Virus record (IMG/VR): IMGVR_UViG_3300045960_000023
Span: 1-50,858 of that record
Origin: a virus
Taxonomy: Duplodnaviria > Caudoviricetes
DNA: 50,858 nt
Strand: one strand, 5' to 3'
Position 1 is the stretch's first letter, and every line of letters starts with the position of its first letter. The notes beneath the pieces were generated by a model. It was not told where the DNA came from. It saw nothing but the letters and a program-made list of their open reading frames with translations, and made no database searches. The translations under genes were made by a program, and so were the position numbers. Below, in pieces: positions 17,598 to 27,200 of this stretch.

Positions 17598-17999
17598 ATG
17601 AGCGAAGGAACATTTGTCAATCTGGGTCTCGATGATGCACAGGAACTGAAGGCCGTCGCCGCTGGTGAGTACCAGGTCAGAGTGATGGAGGCGAAGGTGG
17701 CAACGAGCAAGAACACGGGCGGTCAGTACCTCCAGCTTCGCATGGAGATCTTGAACGAGCCCCTCACCAAGGACATCAGCCATGTCATGATGTTCCCTAC
17801 CGATGCTGACGATGATAAGAAGAAGAACAACCGCAAGCTCGCCATCCGCAACGCTCTTCAGGCGTTCGGAGTGGACACGTCCAAGGGCTTCAACCCCGCT
17901 GACCTCGAGGGCGCCAATGGCTGGGCCATCCTCGTCGAGGAAGACAGCGATGAGTACGGCAAGCAGAACCGTGTCAAGAAGTGGGTGACTGGGAAGTAG
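17598..17999 (+). CDS. Single-stranded DNA-binding protein (DUF669-like)
   Basis: GEYQVRV..AKVATSKNTGGQYLQLRMEI...EYGKQNRVKK; follows the Sak4-like gene. Confidence 0.7.
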   Translation: MSEGTFVNLGLDDAQELKAVAAGEYQVRVMEAKVATSKNTGGQYLQLRMEILNEPLTKDISHVMMFPTDADDDKKKNNRKLAIRNALQAFGVDTSKGFNPADLEGANGWAILVEEDSDEYGKQNRVKKWVTGK

Positions 18000-18030
18000 A
18001 GCGGTTCCCCTTGTTCCCGTTCTACCACCA

Positions 18031-18138
18031 GTGGAAGGGGGCGGAGACGTCTGTGAAGGGCCCCATGCTGCCACTGCTAACCCGCAGGAAGGCGGTGGAT
18101 AAGCCGCGAGAGTAGCAGATCGTCACGTCCCCTTCCAC
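18031..18138 (+). ncRNA. Structured intergenic RNA candidate
   Basis: GTGGAAGGGGGCG/CGTCCCCTTCCAC outer stem; inner GACG/CGTC, CTGCTA/TAGCAG and CCGC/GCGG stems. Confidence 0.4.
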
Positions 18139-18164
18139 CATTCATTGGTAATAGGAGAACAATC

Positions 18165-18398
18165 ATGAGTGATAAGTTTGTACCCCGCTTATCCATCGAC
18201 ATCACTCTCGAGCAACAGAAGCGTATCCAAGACCTCATCCCCTGGGGTCTACGCGGTCCCCTCTTCGCCATCATTGTAGAAGATATGCTCAACCTGATTG
18301 AAGAGCATGGGGAGAAGGTGATCGCAGTAGTGATAAGCAGGAAGCTTCGCCCGAGGGACCTGATGCTGAAGATTGAGGAGAAGAAACATGGAACTTAA
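18165..18398 (+). CDS. Putative ribbon-helix-helix regulator
   Basis: PRLSIDITLEQQKRI strand-helix pattern; an operator-like palindrome lies just upstream of its RBS. Confidence 0.5.
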   Translation: MSDKFVPRLSIDITLEQQKRIQDLIPWGLRGPLFAIIVEDMLNLIEEHGEKVIAVVISRKLRPRDLMLKIEEKKHGT

Positions 18399-18615
18399 AG
18401 ACCTCAAGCAAGACATCACACAGATGCCTACGGATGAGCTGTACGCCCTCCTCAAGGATATGCGCCAGAGCAGACGGACTCCAAAGAAAGTCCATGTGGA
18501 TAAGAAGACCAAGTCCGCTAAGCCTGAGAGCAGCGGAATGAGTGTCGAACAGCTGATGAAGAGCATGAGCCCAGCAGATATGCTCGCCCTACTGTTAAAG
18601 AACAAGAAGGAGTAA
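18388..18615 (+). CDS. Hypothetical basic protein
   Basis: GAGGAG RBS, ATG 18388. Confidence 0.7.
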   Translation: MELKDLKQDITQMPTDELYALLKDMRQSRRTPKKVHVDKKTKSAKPESSGMSVEQLMKSMSPADMLALLLKNKKE

Positions 18616-18618
18616 CGC

Positions 18619-19959
18619 ATGGCTATCGAAATGTTAACTGTCCAACGCTCCCAGATAAGTGTGGGAGCTCGCTTTCGTGAAGACTACGGTGACCTCTCTG
18701 ACCTCGCCAATAGCATGAAATCAGAAGGTATCATCCAACCACTGGCTGTGAAGGCAGACCCTCAAAATTGTGGATTTATCCTTCTAGCTGGCGGCCGGAG
18801 AATGAAGGCTGCTGAGAAGGCAGGCATTTCTGAAATTCCCGTCCGAGTGTACCCTGCAGACATCAGCGATACCCAGATGCTTCTCATCGAACTGTGCGAG
18901 AACGTCTACCGCAAGGATATGACTTGGCTCGAGCAGACCCGCCTCCGCAAGAAGATCCATGAGCTGGGCATTGCAACTGAGGGACGTAAAGTGAGCACTA
19001 GCCCCGATGCCAAGGGCTGGTCGCAACAGAAGACAGCTGATATGACTGGCGTGAACCAGCGCATGATATCTGCTGAGCTCCAGTTAGCCGAAGCAGTTGA
19101 GGCGTTCCCTATCTTGCAACAGGCTAAGACGAGAGACGAAGCGCTCAAGATGATGAAGAAGATGAGCGAAACTATGATCCGTGGAGAGCTGGCCAAGCGC
19201 ATACAGGATAAGACTGCAAGCACTCCCATGGAGAAGCAGCTAACTGATCTGTCCAATAGGTATATCGTGGCTGACTTCTTTGATCTGGCGAAACAGTTAC
19301 CCGATAAGAGCATTGACTTCTGTGAGATCGATCCCCCTTATGCCATCGACCTGATGGGGCTGAAGAAGAAGCAGGACATCTCTCAGTACAACGAAGATAC
19401 ATACAATGAGGTGGATCAACAGGACTACCTCCACTTCATCGACCGCACTGTGCGTGAGTGCTACCGTGTCATGACTGACTCGTCGTGGCTTGTGATGTGG
19501 TTCGCTATCGAGCCTTGGATCGAAGATATGTACATGATCCTCAGCAAGGCTGGCTTCTCAACACGTCGCCTCTGTGGTATGTGGATTAAGGAGACGGGCC
19601 AGACTATGAACCCAGCTATGCACCTGGCCAACCAGTACGAACCCTTCTTCTACGCACGCAAGGGCAACGCTACGCTGATGAAACAGGGGAGAGGCAATGT
19701 CTTTCAGTACAAAGCTGTCCCGCCCACAAAGAAGATCCATCCTACAGAGCGGCCTATCGAGCTCATCCAAGAAGTTATCTCTACATTCTGTTGGGAAGGA
19801 AGTCGCATCCTTGTCCCGTTTCTCGGTAGTGGCAACACTCTGTTGGCGGCGAGCAACCTTGGGCTCACAGCCTTTGGTAGTGATCTTAGTCAGGAGTACA
19901 AAGACTCCTACGTCATGAGAGTACACACTGGGAAACCTGGAGAGTACAAATCCTATTAA
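18619..19959 (+). CDS. ParB-N-terminal domain fused to N6/N4 DNA methyltransferase (beta class)
   Basis: GIIQPL...LLAGGRR...EN..RKD (ParB), an HTH, then DPPY, HPTERP and PFLGSGNT. Confidence 0.88.
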   Translation: MAIEMLTVQRSQISVGARFREDYGDLSDLANSMKSEGIIQPLAVKADPQNCGFILLAGGRRMKAAEKAGISEIPVRVYPADISDTQMLLIELCENVYRKDMTWLEQTRLRKKIHELGIATEGRKVSTSPDAKGWSQQKTADMTGVNQRMISAELQLAEAVEAFPILQQAKTRDEALKMMKKMSETMIRGELAKRIQDKTASTPMEKQLTDLSNRYIVADFFDLAKQLPDKSIDFCEIDPPYAIDLMGLKKKQDISQYNEDTYNEVDQQDYLHFIDRTVRECYRVMTDSSWLVMWFAIEPWIEDMYMILSKAGFSTRRLCGMWIKETGQTMNPAMHLANQYEPFFYARKGNATLMKQGRGNVFQYKAVPPTKKIHPTERPIELIQEVISTFCWEGSRILVPFLGSGNTLLAASNLGLTAFGSDLSQEYKDSYVMRVHTGKPGEYKSY

Positions 19960-19969
19960 GGAGTAGCCA

Positions 19970-22507
19970 ATGAACTTAGTACCTGGCGTTGGTCCTCCTG
20001 ATGCCAAGATCATGATAGTGGGCGAGAGCTGGGGCTCCAATGAAGCTGGAGCCTTTGCGCGCACTGGTCGCCACACTCCATTCTGTGGCATGGCGGGGGA
20101 GCTGATGGACAAGCTGTTACACGCTGCTGGCATCATGCGGAGCAGTGTGTATGTTACTAACGTGATAAGAGAACAACCACCTAACAACGACGCAAGCTGC
20201 TTCATCAAGTTCGGGCCGAGTGGCCCAGCCTATACCGCGGAGTACAAAGCCTATGAACGCTATCTGTTCGAAGAGATTGCAAGGATACGTCCCAATGTAC
20301 TTGTCCCCACGGGCAATATCCCTTTGTATGCTCTTACTGGCAAGACCGCCATTACTAAGAGGCGAGGGTCAATCCTTGAGGCAACTATCGATGGACAGAC
20401 ATTTAAGGTCATTCCTACGATACATCCAGCGGCCGCCCTGCGCCAGTACATATGGACGCACTTCATTGCGTTCGACTTTAAGCGCATAAGAGAGGAGAGC
20501 AACTTCCCAGACATCCGTCTGCCTGTTCGCAAGCTGCACATCAGGCCCAGCTTTCTGGACGCTATCAACTACATGAAGCGTATCCAGAACATTACGGGCT
20601 TCGACATTGAAGTGGTCAATGAAGAGGTTAGCTGCTTCAGCCTCGCACCCGACCCCTTCGACGCCATGTCTATCCCATTGAGGGAGAGAGGCGATGACTA
20701 CTTCACCGTTGAACAGGAGGCTCAGATATGGCTGGAACTCGCTCGTATATTGCAAGACCCATCCGTACTAAAGATAGGGCAAAACATCGTCTTCGATGCT
20801 ACCTTCGTGTTCAGGAAACTTGGTTTAAGGGTGGAGCCTGTAGCAGACACAATGGTTGCCTGCGCAACCGCCTATCCAGACTTTCCAAAGGGCCTCGACT
20901 TTATAACAAGCATCTGGACGCGAGAGCCATACTACAAGGATGAGGGTAAGAAGTGGTTCAAGTTCGGTGGCAGTGATGATACGTTCTGGCAGTACAACGC
21001 TAAGGATAGTGCTGTGTGCTTCGAAGCTATGCCGAAGCTGATGGAGGAACTGGACAGACAGGTGAACGGAGATACATACGCACGACAAGTAAGCATCATC
21101 CAACCTCTTGTCTATATGCAGGAGCGTGGGATAAAGGTGGACACAAAGGGGATGCAAGATGCAAGCAAAGAAGCAGAAGAAAAACTCGCCGCCCTGGAAG
21201 CCGAGCTCCACCAAGTGTGTGGCTACCCGCTCAACGCCAACTCGCCCAAACAACTCGCGAACCACTTCTACGTCAAGAAAGGTATCAAGCCCTACGTCAA
21301 CCGCAAGACTGGTGGGGTCAGTACCGATCGTGATGCTCTTAAAAGACTTGCTAGGAAAGGACTTCGAGAAGCATCTATCATGCTTGAGTCCAGAAAGCTT
21401 AGCAAGCTTAAGGGAACTTACTATGATATGCAGCTTGACACGGATGGGAGACTGCGGTGTGCTTTCAATCCAGCTGGATCTAGGAACGGCCGTCTATCAA
21501 GTAGTCAGACAATCTTTGGAACCGGAGGTAATATGCAGAATCTACCTCCCCAGATGCTTCGGTTCCTCCTCGCGGACGAAGGGTGCATGATATACAACTT
21601 CGACCTGTCGCAAGCGGAAAACAGGATCGTTGCCTATGTTAGCCCAGAGCCTGCGATGATAGCAGCCTTTGAGCGCGGAGTTGATATTCATTCACAGACT
21701 GGTTCCATGCTGAGTGGCCTCGCCCCTGATGTTGTGAGGCAGCAGGACAAAGATGGTGTGAAGTGTGCAGTAGGTGGCGCTGATTTCACCTGGAGGTTCT
21801 GGGGAAAGAAGTGCAACCACTCATTGAACTACGATCTCGGTTACAAAAGCTTTGCCATTGTGACTGAGCTAACTGAACGAGACAGTAAACTTCTCGTGGA
21901 AAGGTACCACCATGTCTACCCAGGTGTCCGTCAGTATCACGCTTGGATCAGAGCGAAGCTCGGTAAAGATCGTACGCTCGAGAACTGCATGGGTCGTAGA
22001 CGCGTCTTCCTTGACCGCTGGGGAGATGAACTCTTTAAAGAATCCTACGCCTTCATCCCTCAGAGTACTGTCGCAGACGTCATTAACGAGCGAGGACTTA
22101 ACTATATCTATTACAACCAGTCAACCTTTAGACCTGTCGATCTCTTGAACCAGATACACGACGCTATCGCGTTCCAGATGAACTACCTATTGTTCAGTTG
22201 GGAGCAACAAGCGGAGTGTCTCCTTCGCATCAGGGACTCGCTGCAGACTCCACTGAGATGGCGGAGCACTGAGTTCGTTATCCCTGCTGACCTGTCGGTT
22301 GGCCTCTCGTTAAATAAGAAGACAATGAGCGGAGTGAAAATAAATGAGTACTCGGAAACTACCGGACTGGCTCGACGGTTATCTGAAGTATACGAAGAAC
22401 AGCGAGCCTCCGACAAGCTACAAAGCGTGGGTAGCGATCTCAGTGATGGCGAGTTGTTTGAAGAGGAAAGTGCAATTGAGCTGGGGGACGCTGACCTTTT
22501 ATCCTAA
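19970..22507 (+). CDS. Family A DNA polymerase with N-terminal uracil-DNA-glycosylase-like domain
   Basis: UDG family-4-like VGESWG...HPAA; exonuclease FDIE, QNIVFD, YNAKD; polymerase motifs DLSQAENR, RFWGKKCNHSLNY, QIHD. Confidence 0.92.
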   Translation: MNLVPGVGPPDAKIMIVGESWGSNEAGAFARTGRHTPFCGMAGELMDKLLHAAGIMRSSVYVTNVIREQPPNNDASCFIKFGPSGPAYTAEYKAYERYLFEEIARIRPNVLVPTGNIPLYALTGKTAITKRRGSILEATIDGQTFKVIPTIHPAAALRQYIWTHFIAFDFKRIREESNFPDIRLPVRKLHIRPSFLDAINYMKRIQNITGFDIEVVNEEVSCFSLAPDPFDAMSIPLRERGDDYFTVEQEAQIWLELARILQDPSVLKIGQNIVFDATFVFRKLGLRVEPVADTMVACATAYPDFPKGLDFITSIWTREPYYKDEGKKWFKFGGSDDTFWQYNAKDSAVCFEAMPKLMEELDRQVNGDTYARQVSIIQPLVYMQERGIKVDTKGMQDASKEAEEKLAALEAELHQVCGYPLNANSPKQLANHFYVKKGIKPYVNRKTGGVSTDRDALKRLARKGLREASIMLESRKLSKLKGTYYDMQLDTDGRLRCAFNPAGSRNGRLSSSQTIFGTGGNMQNLPPQMLRFLLADEGCMIYNFDLSQAENRIVAYVSPEPAMIAAFERGVDIHSQTGSMLSGLAPDVVRQQDKDGVKCAVGGADFTWRFWGKKCNHSLNYDLGYKSFAIVTELTERDSKLLVERYHHVYPGVRQYHAWIRAKLGKDRTLENCMGRRRVFLDRWGDELFKESYAFIPQSTVADVINERGLNYIYYNQSTFRPVDLLNQIHDAIAFQMNYLLFSWEQQAECLLRIRDSLQTPLRWRSTEFVIPADLSVGLSLNKKTMSGVKINEYSETTGLARRLSEVYEEQRASDKLQSVGSDLSDGELFEEESAIELGDADLLS

Positions 22508-23522
22508 TATGTACATAGTCCTGGTGGGCCCTAGTGGTAAGTGTCGTAAGGGCACAGCTATGGGACCTGGCTTCAAGTTCCTCAAGGAGATGGGGATCAA
22601 GATGAGTGCCGAAGCTATAACACGGGAAGCACTCATAAGGGAGATGAAGCAGAGCAGTGATACGCAGATCGACCCATCTGGAAAGATCACTATGCACAGC
22701 AGCCTGTCAATCTATAGCCAAGAACTCACGGTGTTTCTGGGCTATAACAATCAACAGCTCATGGCAGACCTCGCAGACTGGTACGACTGTCGTGACCACT
22801 GGACGTACCGCACTAAAAACATGGGCACAGATGACATCACTGGAGTCTGGGTCAATCTTATCGGAGCTACGACTCCGGAACTATTGCAGACTACCCTTCC
22901 ACGTGACGCTATCGGTGGTGGACTTACAAGTCGAATGGTCTTCATATTCGAGCGAGAGAAAAGCAAGATTGTCGCTGCGCCTTTTCTCACTGCTGAGGAG
23001 CGAGCACTTGAAAAGGATCTACTCCTTGACCTTGAGCAGATCGCCATGCTCCAAGGAGAGTTCAAACCCACAAGCGCCTTCCTCGATAGGTGGGTAGACT
23101 GGTACACCACAAGCGGAGAGCATCCTCCCTTTGAAGATGCGAGGTTCGCAGGCTACATCGAACGTAGGCCCACACACCTGTTGAAGATGTCCACTATCCT
23201 AAGTGCAAGCAGAAGCAACAGCATGGGAGTGGATGTACAAGACTTCGAACGTGCCTTGTTTATGTTGGAGAGTGCGGAGAAGACAATGCGTAACACCTTC
23301 GGTGGTATGGGTAGAGCACCCATCGGAGACATTATCAGTCGCATCTTGGTGCTCGTGAGGAACATGAAGGAGCTGGAGTTTGGTGAAATCCTGAGGCGCT
23401 TCTACTACGACTCAGACCGAGATGAGTTGGAGCGTGCAATCACTACACTCGAAGGTATGGGCTTTGTCTCTATTGAGCATAGGGGAACCAAGAAGATAAT
23501 AAGGGATACGGGCCGTATCTAA
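22344..23522 (+). CDS. DUF3987-type P-loop ATPase (putative helicase) with C-terminal wHTH
   Basis: YPNMYIVLVGPSGKCRKGT, GATTP, GGLTSR arginine finger. Confidence 0.7.
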   Translation: MSTRKLPDWLDGYLKYTKNSEPPTSYKAWVAISVMASCLKRKVQLSWGTLTFYPNMYIVLVGPSGKCRKGTAMGPGFKFLKEMGIKMSAEAITREALIREMKQSSDTQIDPSGKITMHSSLSIYSQELTVFLGYNNQQLMADLADWYDCRDHWTYRTKNMGTDDITGVWVNLIGATTPELLQTTLPRDAIGGGLTSRMVFIFEREKSKIVAAPFLTAEERALEKDLLLDLEQIAMLQGEFKPTSAFLDRWVDWYTTSGEHPPFEDARFAGYIERRPTHLLKMSTILSASRSNSMGVDVQDFERALFMLESAEKTMRNTFGGMGRAPIGDIISRILVLVRNMKELEFGEILRRFYYDSDRDELERAITTLEGMGFVSIEHRGTKKIIRDTGRI

Positions 23523-23543
23523 TACCAACCATTGGTGATAGCC

Positions 23544-23801
23544 ATGATAACACGTCTATTCATATTCGTCTGGCTGACAGGCATACTCTGCTTTATAGCG
23601 GTGGGCATCCTCGACTGTCAGATGCGGGAGAGGGCCAAGGCGCAACCTGCTGGTGGGGTTATGAGTGATGCTGAGAAGGCGCGCTTCATGCCTATCCTCA
23701 AGAAGCATGGCCTCCAGTATGACGTAACAGTTATCCACGACTGGCCTGGCCCTAACGCATACTACATCGACAAACAAGGGAGGAGGATTAAGTTCAAGTG
23801 A
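23544..23801 (+). CDS. Membrane-anchored hypothetical protein
   Basis: N-terminal TM helix. Confidence 0.6.
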   Translation: MITRLFIFVWLTGILCFIAVGILDCQMRERAKAQPAGGVMSDAEKARFMPILKKHGLQYDVTVIHDWPGPNAYYIDKQGRRIKFK

Positions 23802-24280
23802 ACATCAAGGATATGACTAAAGAGAACATGGCTGCCATCCTCGAGAGCCTGATGAAGGACGGTAAGATCATGGAGGTGGACATCATAGCCACCATGAACC
23901 CTGCTCCCTCGGAAGAGATGAAGGGCATCTGTGATCTGATCCACGGCTTCCTGTGCACCAAGGCTCACGGGGATAAGCAAGGTGAGTGTGACTACTACAT
24001 TGAAGACGCGCTCTTCGAAGGGTGGTCGCTGCCTACACATAGACAGTGGCTACAAGAGATAGGAAAGCTAATGAAGACCTACGACATAGCCTCCATTAGC
24101 GATCTTACAAATGCACTCCGCGCAGTCGCAAGTCTTGTTCGAGAGCTTAGCGAGGTTCGTAGCGTAAGTGTCAATCGCTATCGTCTTGTAGCCACTGTTG
24201 TGCATGGCTATCTAACAAACGAGTTGAAAAAGATCACTGCGCAGGCTTCGGGAACTCCTCCATTATCTCTCCCCGTCTGA
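23798..24280 (+). CDS. Hypothetical protein
   Basis: GGAGG RBS, GTGA overlap; H..LC...H....CDYY.E; last gene of the early arm. Confidence 0.7.
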   Translation: MNIKDMTKENMAAILESLMKDGKIMEVDIIATMNPAPSEEMKGICDLIHGFLCTKAHGDKQGECDYYIEDALFEGWSLPTHRQWLQEIGKLMKTYDIASISDLTNALRAVASLVRELSEVRSVSVNRYRLVATVVHGYLTNELKKITAQASGTPPLSLPV

Positions 24281-27200
24281 GCATCTCTGTCTGTATAATC
24301 CTCCGCGCCTCAGGAGAGAGCATACGCATCTTCATCTCTCTCCTGATGGTGGAGGATCTAATCCCAAGTGTGAACATCTCATCCCAGACGTGAGGTGGCA
24401 CAACCTCTCCCGCGTTAAGCGCATCGACAACAGCATCTGTAACGTAGGCCTTGCGCTTGCTCAGCTGTGCAGCGTGCTGCTTCTCCCTACTCTCAAACTG
24501 CTTAATGCGAGCAGCTTCGAGGGGCTCAGCTCCCATCACCACCTTCGCAATGTCTACATTCTCCAACCGATAGATCTCTCTTCCACGCTGGTCCTTGATG
24601 ATGTAGCCATTCTGTCCAGGTGTAGCCATCTTATCAATGAGCAGCTTGGGCCACGTCTTCATCAACGGACTCACCTGCTCTGCGATGGAGGTGCTGAACT
24701 CCACACCTTCCTTGAATGTGCGAGGAGCCATCTTCTCTCCTGCCATGTAGCTCTTGAGTACATTGTTATAGGTCTTCACAATATCGCTGATGAAGGGCCC
24801 AGCCCAGTCGGACATAGACTGTGGCATCTGTAAGGCAGCTGGCCCAGTAACATCAATGCCCAGCATACCACCAACTCCACGAGATGCGCGGGGATAGTTC
24901 TTATCCATCCACTGCTCTATCTCTCCCCACCATCCGAACATCGCTAAGACAGGGGCAGCCTTGAGCATGGCTACAATAGCGCGAGGCCCACCCAGTGCAG
25001 CCTGCACCATCAAGAAGCGTCCCGCCTGGGGAGCAGACAAGTGAGCCATGAACTCCAGCTGGTTAATCATGTATGTCTTGAACTGGCCCATCGTCTTACC
25101 AACAGGCGACCTCAGGATCGAGGGCAGGTTGGCTATGTTGTAGGTGGCCTGAGAGAATACGTTCTGTTGGAACGCATAGATACGAGCCTCCGCTTCTCCC
25201 ATCCCAAGGCCTCCGTTCTTCACACTATCACGGGCCATCAGGTACGGTGCAGCTAGCCCAATAGAACGGTTCGGAATCTCAGGCCTCTCGAACATACCCA
25301 TAGGCTGTGTCCACCAGGGCAAACCCTTGAACACTTCATGCCTAGGCTTCAGCGACTCTCCCTCATGGGCAAACGTCTGGCCCATGATAGGTTCCATCTC
25401 TTTGATGAACTGCTTGCCTTCCTTAGAGGCGAGGAACTTATAGCCGGCAGAGAAATACTTAGTCCCATTCTGCGTCCACACGTTCCCCTGACCACCAAGA
25501 TAGTTGAACGCTGCAGCGATGGGCCTATATGCCAGCTTCAATATACCCTCAGCAGCACGCGCATAGGCAGCACCCTTAGTGGCCGTCATGCTGGCTGTCT
25601 CCATTCGCTCAATGCCAGTCTCTCGACCAATCCATCTGATCAGATCATCAGCTGCTTTGTCCTGCCAATGGTAGCGACCCTTAGTATCCTCAATGAGGGT
25701 GCGCAGAAACTCCTGCGTGTTCGGCTGGCCTGCGTAGTCCCTATTAATGATACCTCTGGCCTCAGCAATCAGAGGATCAAGAGCTGTCTTCCTCCTCATG
25801 GTGTATGCGTAGTTGAACAGCACACTGGAGACATCCTCTTCACCCGCCAGTGTATCGAAGCGTCTCTTCTCAAACGCACTGAACTTGTAAGTAGGCTTGA
25901 TGATGAAGAGGCCACGCACTGCACGCTTCGCAGCGAGTGTCGACTCACCCTTCGCAATCCCTTCATTGATCTCCTTGAGGATCTTATCATTGCTATCAGA
26001 GAGACGCTTGAGGACAGAGAAGTACTGTCCCTGTCCTATCCCCTGAGGCATATCCTTCATGAAGTTAGTGTCCATGTACAACTCAGCACTCGGGTCAGCT
26101 TCCTTGATGCGCTGCGCTTTACGAATAGCATCAGCCTTGCTAACACCAACTGCCACTACCTTCCCACCCACTTCCTTATCTCTCAGCACAATAGAGCCAC
26201 GCTCGAAGTGGGTCATATAGTCGGGGATGTACTTGCTCTCCAATGCCCTAAAATCATCTACGAGGCCACGCAGAACATGGGCATCCTTCTCATCAAACTT
26301 AGAGAAGATAGTCTCTGGACTATACTTCTTCTCAATAACCTGCATCAGAGCCTCATACTCCTCAGGCTTAAGGTGGCTCTTGAAGTCAGCCTTAGTGGTG
26401 GCAATCTTCTCATCCCACATCATATCTAACCAGTCTCTCAACTGTCCAGCTGCTGTGGCAACCTTCTCACTCGAAGCCTTGGCCTTGTTCTCAACTACCT
26501 TCCCCAACTCTAGGCGCCCTGCTTTGTCCAGCTGGCCGAAGATAGCATTGAGCACATCCCTATCCCCACCAGCTGCAGCAAACTTATGCACTGAGCTAAG
26601 GTCAGCCATGTTCCATCTGGTCACGAAGTCGAAGGCCTTCCCACCGATCTTCTGTGCGATACGCATAGGCTGGCGCACCTCACTCTCCCACACTCTTATC
26701 GCGTCAGGATCTGGCAACCTATCATGCAGCCACTCCTTCCCATCCTTCCCAAGCAACGCCTCCTTCAACTTGTCGGAGCCGAGAGTGGTCTTCCCATCTC
26801 GAGTGCGGCGCCACAGCTTATACAACGCCTCAGTGGCCTGCTGCCCACCCATGAAGTCGAACGTCACACCTGATCCATAGGGGCTAGGCCCATCAGCAAC
26901 AGGCTTCTGCAACACCACTACATCCTCATATCCAACTGTGTTCCTTCGCTTGACCTCATGTGCAGCTGATGTGGCGAAGCCTTCCTCCACCTTATACTGC
27001 TTGACAAACTTAAAGCCCTCAGCCTCAAGTGCTTTGGTGTGCCAGTCAGTGGCCTTCATAACCCCACCTTCAACCGCAACAGTGGAGTTGGCCTTGGGTA
27101 TGCGATCTGACTTAAACCTATCCTTCATGTTCAGTACGAAGTAACCACCAGGTTCCACGACCCTGAAGGCTTCCTTGTACGCTTCCTTATGCAACGCCTC

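Noticed and set aside
18070-18112. Cobalamin-riboswitch-like GCCACTG...GGAAGGC...AAGCC
   Set aside because: The upstream conserved core and a B12-related downstream gene are missing; kept only as a generic structured RNA
22344-22507. Long same-strand gene overlaps as a sign of an alternative genetic code
   Set aside because: No common codon marks the overlaps, all three stops end genes normally, and core genes are intact in the standard code
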